From positions 46,390-110,389 of the forward strand of contig JAJFKJ010000018.1 of NCBI GenBank assembly GCA_021773275.1: a stretch of 64,000 bases of DNA, written 5' to 3'. The notes under the pieces are model-generated. The model was not told where the DNA came from. It ran no database searches and saw nothing but the letters and a program-made list of their open reading frames with translations. Below, piece after piece: positions 14,059 through 23,080 of this stretch. The DNA is from Gammaproteobacteria bacterium (lineage in GTDB: Bacteria; Pseudomonadota; Gammaproteobacteria; JABCZS01). The translations under genes and the position numbers were made by a program. Position 1 is the stretch's first letter; every line of letters begins with the position of its first letter.

Positions 14059-15423
14059 TTGAACGACCTAACGATAGTAATTCTCGCGGCTGGCAAAGGC
14101 AGCCGTATGCACTCTGAGCACCCGAAGGTGCTACAGCTTTTGGCCGGGCGCCCTCTGCTTAGCCACGTGCTACAAGCTGCCAGGGGCATCAAACCAGCAC
14201 AAATTATCTGTGTTGTGGGTGAGGGTCAAGATGCTGTAAAACATGCGCTAGCGCCCGCTGATTGCATCTGGGTTGAGCAAAAAGAAGCCAAGGGTACGGC
14301 ACATGCAGTGAGCCAAGCATTGCCACATATTAAAACAGATCGCGTATTAGTGCTGTTGGGCGATGGGCCACTTATTACGAGCAAAACGCTTCAGCAATTT
14401 ACCCAGGAAGTGACTACCGATGCTTTAGGCTTGGTCAGCTACAATGCGAAAAACCCGCATGGCCTTGGTCGTGTTTCGCGTAATGAGCACAACCTTATTG
14501 CGGGCGTCATAGAAGAAAAAGACGCGAGCGACAAAGAACGTTTGATTACCGAAGTTGCCTCCGGTATTTACCTTGCGCGACGCACTGATTTGGCAGCATG
14601 GTTGCCACAAATTAAAAACAACAATGCCAGTGGTGAATACTATTTGCCTGATATTGTGCCGATTGCTGCTAAGCAGTCTGCAGTTATAGGGATGATGTTA
14701 AACAATTCTGATGAGGCTTTGGGTGTAAACGATAAAGCGCAGCTCGCCCATGCAGAGCGCACCTTGCAGCAGCGTTATGCACAGCAATTATTGCAACAAG
14801 GTGTAACGATTTTAGACCCCAGCCGTTTAGATATTCGAGGTGAGGTAACGATTGGCCGCGATGTCACGCTTGATGTGAATGTGATTTTAGAAGGTAAAGT
14901 AAATATTGCAGATAACTGCAGCATCGGTGCCAACAGCATTTTAAAAAATGTCGAGCTAGGTCCAGGTTGCGAGATTAAAGCAAACACCATGATCGAAGAT
15001 GCAACCATTGCAGCAAACGTTAGTATTGGGCCATTTGCACGCATTCGCCCGGGTACGCAGTTAGCAGAGGGCGTTCGCATTGGTAATTTTGTTGAGCTCA
15101 AGAAAGCGACGCTAGGTAAAAACAGTAAAGCTAATCATTTAAGCTATATTGGCGATGCGACTATTGGCTGCAATGTAAATATCGGCGCAGGCACCATCAC
15201 TTGTAACTACGATGGCGTTAATAAGCATCAAACCATCATTGAAGACCGCGCATCGATTGGCGCAAATAGCAGTTTAGTTGCGCCTGTAACGGTCGGTATT
15301 AATGCGACCTTGGGTGCGGGTACGGTGCTCACTAAAGATGCACCCAAAGATAAGCTAACGATTACACGAGCAAAACAAGCAAGCGTTCCCGGTTGGGAAC
15401 GACCTGACGAAAAAGAGGCCTAG
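14059..15423 (+). CDS. glmU: bifunctional UDP-N-acetylglucosamine pyrophosphorylase / glucosamine-1-phosphate N-acetyltransferase
   Basis: LAAGKGSRM nucleotide-binding motif and C-terminal left-handed beta-helix hexapeptide repeats. TTG start. Confidence 0.95.
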   Translation: MNDLTIVILAAGKGSRMHSEHPKVLQLLAGRPLLSHVLQAARGIKPAQIICVVGEGQDAVKHALAPADCIWVEQKEAKGTAHAVSQALPHIKTDRVLVLLGDGPLITSKTLQQFTQEVTTDALGLVSYNAKNPHGLGRVSRNEHNLIAGVIEEKDASDKERLITEVASGIYLARRTDLAAWLPQIKNNNASGEYYLPDIVPIAAKQSAVIGMMLNNSDEALGVNDKAQLAHAERTLQQRYAQQLLQQGVTILDPSRLDIRGEVTIGRDVTLDVNVILEGKVNIADNCSIGANSILKNVELGPGCEIKANTMIEDATIAANVSIGPFARIRPGTQLAEGVRIGNFVELKKATLGKNSKANHLSYIGDATIGCNVNIGAGTITCNYDGVNKHQTIIEDRASIGANSSLVAPVTVGINATLGAGTVLTKDAPKDKLTITRAKQASVPGWERPDEKEA

Positions 15424-15424
15424 T

Positions 15425-17260
15425 ATGTGTGGTATCGTTGGAGCAGTATTGCAGCGTCATGTTACCCCCATCTTGCTAGAAGGCTTAAAACGCATGGAGT
15501 ATCGTGGTTACGACTCCGCAGGTTTAGCCGTTTTAGATAATACACAGTCTTTAAAGCGCGTGCGCTCGCAAGGCAAGGTCGCAACCCTTGTTGAAGCCGT
15601 TAAAGGTAAGTCACTGGAAAGCTATATCGGCATCGCACATACACGCTGGGCAACGCATGGCGTGCCTAATGAGCAAAATGCCCACCCACATGTTTCTGGT
15701 GATGAGCATCATGTTGCTGTCGTGCATAATGGCATTATTGAGAATTTTGAGAGCTTGAAATTGCAATTGCAAGCTAAAGGTTACGAATTTAGCTCTGACA
15801 CAGACACTGAAGTTATCGTGCATTTAATTTATGATTATTTGAAGAAAGATAAAGATCTTAAAACGGCAGTTAAAGCGGCCAGCAAGCATCTTAAGGGTGC
15901 TTTTTCTTTAGGTGTGCTTTCTACTCAGCATCCAGATTGCGTTATAACGATGCGCCAAGGTAGCCCCTTGGTCATCGGTGTTGGTTTTGAAGAAAACTAT
16001 TTCGCCTCTGATTATTTGGCCTTGTTACCTGTTACGCAACAGTTTATGTATTTACAAGAAGGTGATTTAGCAGAGGTTCGCGCTGATAAAGTTACCGTGT
16101 ACGATAACGATGATAATTTAGTAGAGCGAGAGGTTAAAACGTTTTCCGCTGATGCTTATTTGAGCACAGATAAAGGCCCTTATCGTCATTACATGCAAAA
16201 AGAAATTTTCCAACAGCCAGAGGCTTTGATAGATACGCTGCAAGGCCGTATTAGTGAGGATAATGTTCTCGACGCAGCCTTTGGCCATAAAGCGGTTGCG
16301 CTGTTAGAAAAAATTAAAAATGTGCATATAGTTGCCTGTGGTACTAGCTATCACAATGGTTTGGTTGCAAAGTACTGGTTTGAGTCTTTGGCGAAAACCC
16401 CGTGCAATGTTGAAATTTCGAGTGAGTATCGTTACCGTGATGTTGTGGTGCCTGAAAACACATTATTTATAGCAATTTCACAATCAGGCGAAACAGCTGA
16501 CACACTCGCTGCTTTACGCAAGGCAAAACAAATAGGTTATTTAAGCACGCTGGCAATTTGCAATGTGCCAGAATCAGCCATGATTCAAGAAGCTGATTTG
16601 TCTATGTTAACGCGTGCCGGCCCAGAGGTGGGTGTTGCTTCAACAAAGGCGTTTACTACGCAGCTAGTGTCGCTCGCATTATTTGTATTGGCTTTAGCGA
16701 AACGTAATGGTCTGGTAGATATTGCGAAGCATGTGCAAGCTTTAAAAGCACTACCAAAGCAGGTTGAAGATTTATTAAAAGTTGACACCTTAATTCAAGA
16801 CATAGCGCCCCGTTTTGCGGACAAGCCCAGCAGTTTGTTTGTTGCGCGTGGTGCATTATTTCCGATTGTTTTAGAGGGTGCGTTAAAGTTAAAAGAAATC
16901 TCTTACATTCACGCTGAAGCTTACCCAGCAGGGGAGTTAAAACACGGGCCGTTAGCATTGGTTGATGATAATATGCCTGTAGTGGCGATAGTCCACGATG
17001 ATGAGATGGCAGAAAAAGTCTTGGGGAATCTGCAAGAAGTGCGCGCCCGTGGCGGCCAGCTTATTATTTTTACTAATATAAGCGATCTTGAATTCCCAGA
17101 TGCTGTTATCGTTAAACTGCCACAAGCTACAAATAATATTTTCACAGCGCCGGTTGCTTATACGATACCGCTGCAATTATTGGCTTATCATGTTGCCGTG
17201 CACAAAGGCACCGATGTTGACCAGCCCCGCAACCTTGCCAAGTCAGTTACCGTAGAATAG
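15425..17260 (+). CDS. glmS: glutamine--fructose-6-phosphate aminotransferase
   Basis: MCGIVG N-terminal nucleophile, two SIS domains, and C-terminal DQPRNLAKSVTVE. Confidence 0.97.
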   Translation: MCGIVGAVLQRHVTPILLEGLKRMEYRGYDSAGLAVLDNTQSLKRVRSQGKVATLVEAVKGKSLESYIGIAHTRWATHGVPNEQNAHPHVSGDEHHVAVVHNGIIENFESLKLQLQAKGYEFSSDTDTEVIVHLIYDYLKKDKDLKTAVKAASKHLKGAFSLGVLSTQHPDCVITMRQGSPLVIGVGFEENYFASDYLALLPVTQQFMYLQEGDLAEVRADKVTVYDNDDNLVEREVKTFSADAYLSTDKGPYRHYMQKEIFQQPEALIDTLQGRISEDNVLDAAFGHKAVALLEKIKNVHIVACGTSYHNGLVAKYWFESLAKTPCNVEISSEYRYRDVVVPENTLFIAISQSGETADTLAALRKAKQIGYLSTLAICNVPESAMIQEADLSMLTRAGPEVGVASTKAFTTQLVSLALFVLALAKRNGLVDIAKHVQALKALPKQVEDLLKVDTLIQDIAPRFADKPSSLFVARGALFPIVLEGALKLKEISYIHAEAYPAGELKHGPLALVDDNMPVVAIVHDDEMAEKVLGNLQEVRARGGQLIIFTNISDLEFPDAVIVKLPQATNNIFTAPVAYTIPLQLLAYHVAVHKGTDVDQPRNLAKSVTVE

Positions 17261-17324
17261 TTGTCTAACACGGTTTTTTGCTATACGCTGTAAGTTACAT
17301 TTTCATGTTTCAAGGAGAGTTCTT

Positions 17325-17714
17325 ATGTCTAGAGTATTACAAGTTTTTATGATGTTATTAACGCTGGGTATGTTCACAAGTGCTTATGCTGCGTGTTCGC
17401 CGATGGTAAATACATATACCGAAGATTTCATGGCGGAACTGCAAGAAAAAGTTGAACTATCCCCAGAGCAACAAGCGGCAATGGAAGAAATCATGCGTAA
17501 TGGTATTAATGCGCGCGAAGATGTTATTGATAGCTACCAAGGCCAAAAAGGATTGCGAGTAAAGAAAAGCATGCGTGATGAGCTGCAAGCTGCTAATGCA
17601 ACGACACGCTCGGAAGTGCAAGAGGTACTTAATGAAGAGCAGTACAAGGCTTTTCTAGAAGTGCAAGACCAGACACAAGAAAAAGTTCGTGAACGTATTA
17701 ACCGCGATTTCTAA
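17325..17714 (+). CDS. small secreted protein with LxxEQ repeats (Spy/CpxP/ZraP-like periplasmic protein?)
   Basis: Signal peptide ending SAYA|AC. Two motifs, LSPEQQAAMEEI and LNEEQYKAFLEV, resemble LTXXQ-family periplasmic chaperones. Confidence 0.55.
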   Translation: MSRVLQVFMMLLTLGMFTSAYAACSPMVNTYTEDFMAELQEKVELSPEQQAAMEEIMRNGINAREDVIDSYQGQKGLRVKKSMRDELQAANATTRSEVQEVLNEEQYKAFLEVQDQTQEKVRERINRDF

Positions 17715-17728
17715 TTTTTGATCCACCT

Positions 17729-17760
17729 GTGTAAGGGTCGAACAGTGTTCGACCCGCGGG
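17729..17760 (+). repeat. REP-like palindromic element, copy 3
   Basis: tgtgtaaGGGTCGAAcagtgTTCGACCCgcggg, an 8-bp stem between two convergent genes. Confidence 0.7.
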
Positions 17761-17769
17761 CAAATTTCC

Positions 17770-18468
17770 TCAAGCCTTACTTACTAGCCCTGGATCATCG
17801 CTAAATACAGAAGAAACACCCCAATCAAACAGACGCTGCGCGCGAGTGGCTTGATTTACGGTGTAGGCTAATACTTTATAACCTTCAGCACAAAGTTTTT
17901 TAACCAAGGCTTCATCTAAGACCTGCTCATTAAGATGCAAAGAATAAAACGATAAGCCTGATTGCAAGCCTAGTTCTAGCGCACTTAAATTATCTGCTAT
18001 CCAGCCGTAATGCAACTCGGGAGCAATTCCCATAGCTGTTTTTAAAGCCTCGAGCGAGCTGCTCGAGATGAGGAGTTTATCAGGCGGAAAGCGTTTGCCA
18101 AGCAATGTTTTTATGGCAATTTCTGCAGTGTCTTTTTCTTTACCTGGTAAGGGCTTAAGTTCTAAATTAAGTTTTAAGCCCAGGGTGTTAAGGCATGTCA
18201 AAGCAGCTGCTAGTGTAGGAATGGGTTCACCACCTGCCTCTAGACTTTTTATTGTTTCGTAAGGCGTGTCAGCGACATTGGCCAGCATGCCTGTGGTGCG
18301 CTCTAGTGTTTCGTCATGATGTAAAATGGGGACATTATCTTGGGTGAGCATTACATCTGTTTCAACCCATTCAGCCCCGAGTGACTTTGCTTTTTTAAAA
18401 GCAGCAATGGTGTTTTCAGGTGCGTATTGGCTGGCACCACGGTGTGCAATAATGGGTTCTAAGCGCAT
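17770..18468 (-). CDS. ugpQ: glycerophosphodiester phosphodiesterase
   Basis: N-terminus IAHRGASQYAPENT and the EWVETDVMLTQDNVPILHHD motif of the GDPD family. Confidence 0.85.
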   Translation of the reverse strand: MRLEPIIAHRGASQYAPENTIAAFKKAKSLGAEWVETDVMLTQDNVPILHHDETLERTTGMLANVADTPYETIKSLEAGGEPIPTLAAALTCLNTLGLKLNLELKPLPGKEKDTAEIAIKTLLGKRFPPDKLLISSSSLEALKTAMGIAPELHYGWIADNLSALELGLQSGLSFYSLHLNEQVLDEALVKKLCAEGYKVLAYTVNQATRAQRLFDWGVSSVFSDDPGLVSKA

Positions 18469-19040
18469 TATTTTTTCTCATCAACCACATAGGAAATAAG
18501 CGGTAGCGCTGTACTGTCGTCAAATTCTGCGGCGGCTTTAATGCCAAGTTTTGCGATATCTTCAGCAGAAAGTTTATCGTTGTCAGAAGCATTAAACATT
18601 GCACCTAAGGCGTATTCATTGCCAGAACCATAAGCATAAAATGACTTAAACTCTTGAATATCGCGGTAAGAGCCTACGGCAAAAATCCCGTGCTCATTGG
18701 CAATGAGAATATACATGCTGTTGGGTTCAAAGCCCGTATCCTCGGATTTTACCTCGAAGCTATAATCATCTTTTAGCGCCTGCTGAATATCTTTGAAAGT
18801 AATAAAAATCTCATCAACATTATCAAAGTTATATTTATTTTCGGTATGTTTGAAATAATGCTTCAGCGCTAAAATACCTGCTGCTGGGCCGGTAACTGCA
18901 AGGTAGCTGCCGTCTACTTTTAGAATTTTGTTGTGGTTGGTGATATATTTGGCGGTATTTTTTTCATTACCCCATTTAATCAAAGAGTCACAAGCGATGG
19001 CAATTTTTCCGTCTTTTTTTACTGCGGTAACCGTAGACAT
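18468..19040 (-). CDS. stand-alone proteasome-beta/HslV-like Ntn hydrolase
   Basis: MSTVTAVKKDGKIAIACDS aligns with HslV TTIVSVRRNGHVVIAGDG. YAYGSGNEYALGAM..LSAEDIAKLGIKAAAEFD aligns with HslV IAIGSGGPYAQAAA..LSARDIAEKALDIAGD. There is no HslU next to it. Confidence 0.7.
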   Translation of the reverse strand: MSTVTAVKKDGKIAIACDSLIKWGNEKNTAKYITNHNKILKVDGSYLAVTGPAAGILALKHYFKHTENKYNFDNVDEIFITFKDIQQALKDDYSFEVKSEDTGFEPNSMYILIANEHGIFAVGSYRDIQEFKSFYAYGSGNEYALGAMFNASDNDKLSAEDIAKLGIKAAAEFDDSTALPLISYVVDEKK

Positions 19041-19130
19041 AAATACTTAGCTCCTTAACATAATCGCCCATTTGGAATTTTCTTACTTTAGCGTTATCCT
19101 AGCATATCTTTGAACAACTGGCCCAAAATA

Positions 19131-21293
19131 ATGGATGTCTCACACATACTTAACTCCCTCAACGAGGAGCAACGCAAAGCGGTTACCGGCGATCCTGGGC
19201 ATATGCTGGTACTGGCAGGTGCCGGGAGCGGCAAAACGCGCGTATTAGTGCATAGAATCGCTTGGTTGATGCAAACGCAGCAGCTTTCGCCACAGAGCAT
19301 CTTGGCGGTTACATTTACGAATAAGGCGGCGCACGAGATGCGCTCCCGCATCGAAGAATTGTTGCAAATTTCAACGTTTGGCATGTGGGTGGGAACATTC
19401 CACGGTTTGGCGCATCGTTTGTTGCGTCAGCACTACGAAGAAGCAAAATTACCTAAAGAATTTCAGGTCTTGGACAGCGATGATCAACATCGCACCATCA
19501 AGCGTATTATGAAAGCCATGGAGGTCGATGACAGCCGTTGGCAACCACGGCAAGTGCAGAGTTACATTAATCAGAAAAAAGATGAAGGCTTGCGCGCCGC
19601 ACATATTGAGCCTGGCTACGACATCTACACCAAAACCATGCAGCGCTTGTATCAAGCCTATGAAGAAACCTGTGAGCGGGCAGGGGTGGTTGATTTTGCA
19701 GAGTTGCTGCTGCGCAGCTTAGAGTTGCTTCGAGATAATGCAGGCTTGCTGGCCCATTATCAACGTCGCTTTCAGCATGTGCTAGTAGATGAGTTTCAAG
19801 ATACCAACGCCATCCAGTATGCCTGGATTAAACTATTGGCTGGTCAAGAAGGTAAAGTCATGATCGTTGGCGATGATGACCAATCTATCTATGGCTGGCG
19901 TGGCGCAAAGATCGAAAACATTCACCGTTTTTCACGTGACTTTGCTGATGCGATGACGATACGGCTAGAACAAAACTACCGTTCAACACAAACCATTTTA
20001 AGTGCGGCCAATCAGCTGATTAGTTACAATCAAGATCGCCTGGGTAAAGAGCTTTGGACCGATGTTTCTGGTGGCGATCCAATCGATTTATATGCAGCGT
20101 TTAATGAGATTGATGAAGCACATTATATTGTTGCACGTATCGAGCAATGGGCTCGTGAAGGTGGCCGTTACAGTGAAGCAGCCATACTGTACCGTTCTAA
20201 TGCGCAGTCACGGGTGATTGAAGATAGCCTTATTCAGGCGGGCATACCTTATCGTGTTTATGGGGGCTTGCGCTTCTTCGAACGCGCAGAGATCAAAGAT
20301 GCACTAGCTTACTTGCGTTTAGTATTGCACCATGATGACGACATCGGCTTTGAGCGTGTGGTGAACCTGCCAACAAGAGGCGTGGGTAATAAAACCTTAG
20401 AACAACTTCGAGTTTATGCACGCGAACATAATGTATCACTTTGGCAGGCATCGATTGCGATGATCCAAGCGGGTGACTTCACGGCTCGCGCAGCACGCGC
20501 GCTGCAGATATTTATTGATCTTATTATTACGCTAAAAGATGATATCGAAGATTTAGAGCTGGATGAACAAGTGGGTTGGATCATCACAAACAGTGGCTTG
20601 GTAGAGCATCACAAATCACAAAAAGGTGAAAAAGCGCAAGCAAAGGTTGAAAACCTTGAAGAGTTAATTACTGCCGCCAAGCAGTTCGAGCCTGGCGAAG
20701 CAGAGCAAGAACTTCCAGCTTTACAGGCATTTTTGGCGCATGCCGCATTAGAAGCTGGCGAGGCACAAGCGGCAAAACATGCTGATTGCGTGCAAATGAT
20801 GACCATGCACACAGCAAAAGGTTTAGAATTTCCCTTGGTGTGTATTGCAGGCTTAGAAGAAGGTTTGTTCCCACATCAAATGTCGCTGGCAGAAGGCAAC
20901 CGCTTAGAAGAAGAGCGTCGTTTGTGTTACGTCGGCATGACGCGCGCTATGCAACGCTTAATATTAAGCTATGCGGAATCACGCATGTTGCATGGGCGAC
21001 AAACGTTTAACCCGCCTTCACGTTTTTTAGATGAAATTCCCGATGAGTTTTTGCATGAAGTTCGGGCGCGCAAACAAAAAGCCGTAGCGCCACGTTTCAC
21101 ACAACAAAAGTCATCGCCTGAGCATCCGCATAGCTTGGGTAGGCGCGTAAGGCATCCGAAGTTTGGCGATGGTGTAGTAGTATCAGTTGAGGGCCAGGGT
21201 GCGCATGCGCGCGTACAAGTGAACTTCGATCAACATGGTAGCAAATGGCTGGTATTGGCCTATGCAAAATTAGAACCGGCAACAATGGTGTAA
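19131..21293 (+). CDS. uvrD: DNA helicase II
   Basis: LNEEQRKAV..AGAGSGKTRVL, DEFQDTN, QNYRST and VTLMTMH-type motifs, about 720 aa. Start placed at the internal ATG 19131; the ORF-track start is 19110. Confidence 0.92.
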   Translation: MDVSHILNSLNEEQRKAVTGDPGHMLVLAGAGSGKTRVLVHRIAWLMQTQQLSPQSILAVTFTNKAAHEMRSRIEELLQISTFGMWVGTFHGLAHRLLRQHYEEAKLPKEFQVLDSDDQHRTIKRIMKAMEVDDSRWQPRQVQSYINQKKDEGLRAAHIEPGYDIYTKTMQRLYQAYEETCERAGVVDFAELLLRSLELLRDNAGLLAHYQRRFQHVLVDEFQDTNAIQYAWIKLLAGQEGKVMIVGDDDQSIYGWRGAKIENIHRFSRDFADAMTIRLEQNYRSTQTILSAANQLISYNQDRLGKELWTDVSGGDPIDLYAAFNEIDEAHYIVARIEQWAREGGRYSEAAILYRSNAQSRVIEDSLIQAGIPYRVYGGLRFFERAEIKDALAYLRLVLHHDDDIGFERVVNLPTRGVGNKTLEQLRVYAREHNVSLWQASIAMIQAGDFTARAARALQIFIDLIITLKDDIEDLELDEQVGWIITNSGLVEHHKSQKGEKAQAKVENLEELITAAKQFEPGEAEQELPALQAFLAHAALEAGEAQAAKHADCVQMMTMHTAKGLEFPLVCIAGLEEGLFPHQMSLAEGNRLEEERRLCYVGMTRAMQRLILSYAESRMLHGRQTFNPPSRFLDEIPDEFLHEVRARKQKAVAPRFTQQKSSPEHPHSLGRRVRHPKFGDGVVVSVEGQGAHARVQVNFDQHGSKWLVLAYAKLEPATMV

Positions 21294-21294
21294 T

Positions 21295-21864
21295 ATGGCA
21301 ATAAATGAACTAGGCCCGCAAGATCTTTTTGTATTAGATAATATGCTACGCAAGCATAAAGCTTTACCGATAGTGGGTACGCATGGGTTTTTAACGGCAG
21401 CCGCGAGCAGCCCGAAGGCACGCGATATCGACGAATTGTTGCCCTTTTTATTTGGCGGCGAATTGCCACCGATTTTAGATGATCAAAAAGAAATATTAAG
21501 TAAACTACTCAATGCTTTGTATCTAAGTATTCAACAACAGCTAGCCAACAATATTGAAAATTTTTCACCACTAGACTTTTTAAAAAAAGCCGATGAAGTT
21601 ACACAGCAAGCGCAAGAAAAAGCGTTAAACATGTGGTGCCTTGGTTATTTGCAAGGCATGCGCCTAGATGTAGAGTATTGGCGTGAGTCACAAGACGGCG
21701 AGGTCGATCAGTATTTTTACCCGATGATATTGTTAGCAGGTGATACCAGTAGGATAGCCTCCAGCTTAGACGGCGTTACGCAGGAGCATATCCATGAGGC
21801 GCTGCAGCAAGCCAGAGACAATCTGTTAAACGCGATTATGTCTATCTACCAGGTCACCCATTAA
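21295..21864 (+). CDS. UPF0149/YecA-YgfB family protein
   Basis: 189 aa with the GTHGFLTAAASSP motif characteristic of the family. Confidence 0.65.
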   Translation: MAINELGPQDLFVLDNMLRKHKALPIVGTHGFLTAAASSPKARDIDELLPFLFGGELPPILDDQKEILSKLLNALYLSIQQQLANNIENFSPLDFLKKADEVTQQAQEKALNMWCLGYLQGMRLDVEYWRESQDGEVDQYFYPMILLAGDTSRIASSLDGVTQEHIHEALQQARDNLLNAIMSIYQVTH

Positions 21865-21869
21865 AAATA

Positions 21870-22988
21870 TTAAAGTTTACTGCGCGCATGCGTTTGTTTT
21901 AAGTAGTCTTTGCTGAACATCTCGCGCAGGCGACTACTTGTGCGCATGAACTCAGCTTTTAGATCTTGGCCTTTGTAGAGCTCAGTGATATCGACCTCAC
22001 TGCTCATGATCAGGGTCGCATGGTTATCGTAAAGCACATCGATCAGGTGCACAAAACGCTTGCTGGCGCTTTTGTCCGCGTTATGTAATTGTGGAACATC
22101 GGTTACAATAAAAGTGTCAAACGTTTCTAGCAACGCTAGATAATCATGTGATGAACGATTAGACATGCAAATATCTTTAAAGCTAAACCAGATCAATTTG
22201 TGTGCTATTGCTATCGTGGGGATTTTGCGGTCTATGATCTCAATATCATGGCCGTAAGTTATTTCACCGGTAGCAAGTGTCTTAAACTCCTTTTTAATAG
22301 TCATTTGTGTATGAGCATCAATAGGTGTAAAAAACACACCTGTTTCTAATAGGGTTCTTAGGCGGTAGTCTTCACCAGCATCAAGATTGATGACCTGAGT
22401 AAAGTTTTTAATAAGGCGGATGGTGGGTAAAAATAAGTGTCGTTGCACGCCGCTTTTATATAATGCATCTGGCGCCGTATTAGAGGTAAAAATCAGCGTC
22501 ACGCCCTCATGAAAAATCTGCTCTAGTAATTCGCCTAAAATTAATGCATCGGCAACATCATCAACAAAAAACTCATCAAAGCAGATCACATGTGTTTCTT
22601 TAGCAATTTCTTTAGCTACGGCGCGTAGTGGGTTTTTCATGCCTTGTAGTTGGGTCAGTTGCGCATGTACGTGGCGCATAAAGGGATGAAAGTGCACGCG
22701 CTTTTTGGCGCGAAAAGGTAGGTTTTGAAAAAACAAGTCCATGAGCATAGACTTGCCGCGACCCACGCTACCCCAAAAGTAGATGCCTTTGACGGGGTGC
22801 TGCTTAAAGCCAAAAAGCTTGTTGAGGTGATGCTTGATTTTGTGGTGCGTAAGTTTTTTATGGGTGCTACTGAGCTGTTCTGCGATCGTAGCCAGCTGCT
22901 GCATGGCTGCCCGCTGCTCGGAGTCCGGTTTTATCTGTTTCTCACCTAAGATGCGCAGATATTCATTTAGTATCTTCTCAGTGTTCAT
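21870..22988 (-). CDS. zapE: cell division protein ZapE (AFG1-like ATPase)
   Basis: GIYFWGSVGRGKSMLMDLFF Walker A and VICFDEFFVDD Walker B. Size is as expected. Confidence 0.9.
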   Translation of the reverse strand: MNTEKILNEYLRILGEKQIKPDSEQRAAMQQLATIAEQLSSTHKKLTHHKIKHHLNKLFGFKQHPVKGIYFWGSVGRGKSMLMDLFFQNLPFRAKKRVHFHPFMRHVHAQLTQLQGMKNPLRAVAKEIAKETHVICFDEFFVDDVADALILGELLEQIFHEGVTLIFTSNTAPDALYKSGVQRHLFLPTIRLIKNFTQVINLDAGEDYRLRTLLETGVFFTPIDAHTQMTIKKEFKTLATGEITYGHDIEIIDRKIPTIAIAHKLIWFSFKDICMSNRSSHDYLALLETFDTFIVTDVPQLHNADKSASKRFVHLIDVLYDNHATLIMSSEVDITELYKGQDLKAEFMRTSSRLREMFSKDYLKQTHARSKL

Positions 22989-23080
22989 GGTGCTTAAATT
23001 TAGCCATCTTACAATTATGTATATAACAGATATAATTCTAGCATGTTATTATTTGGCAATAGCCTAGGAGCCAATATTAC

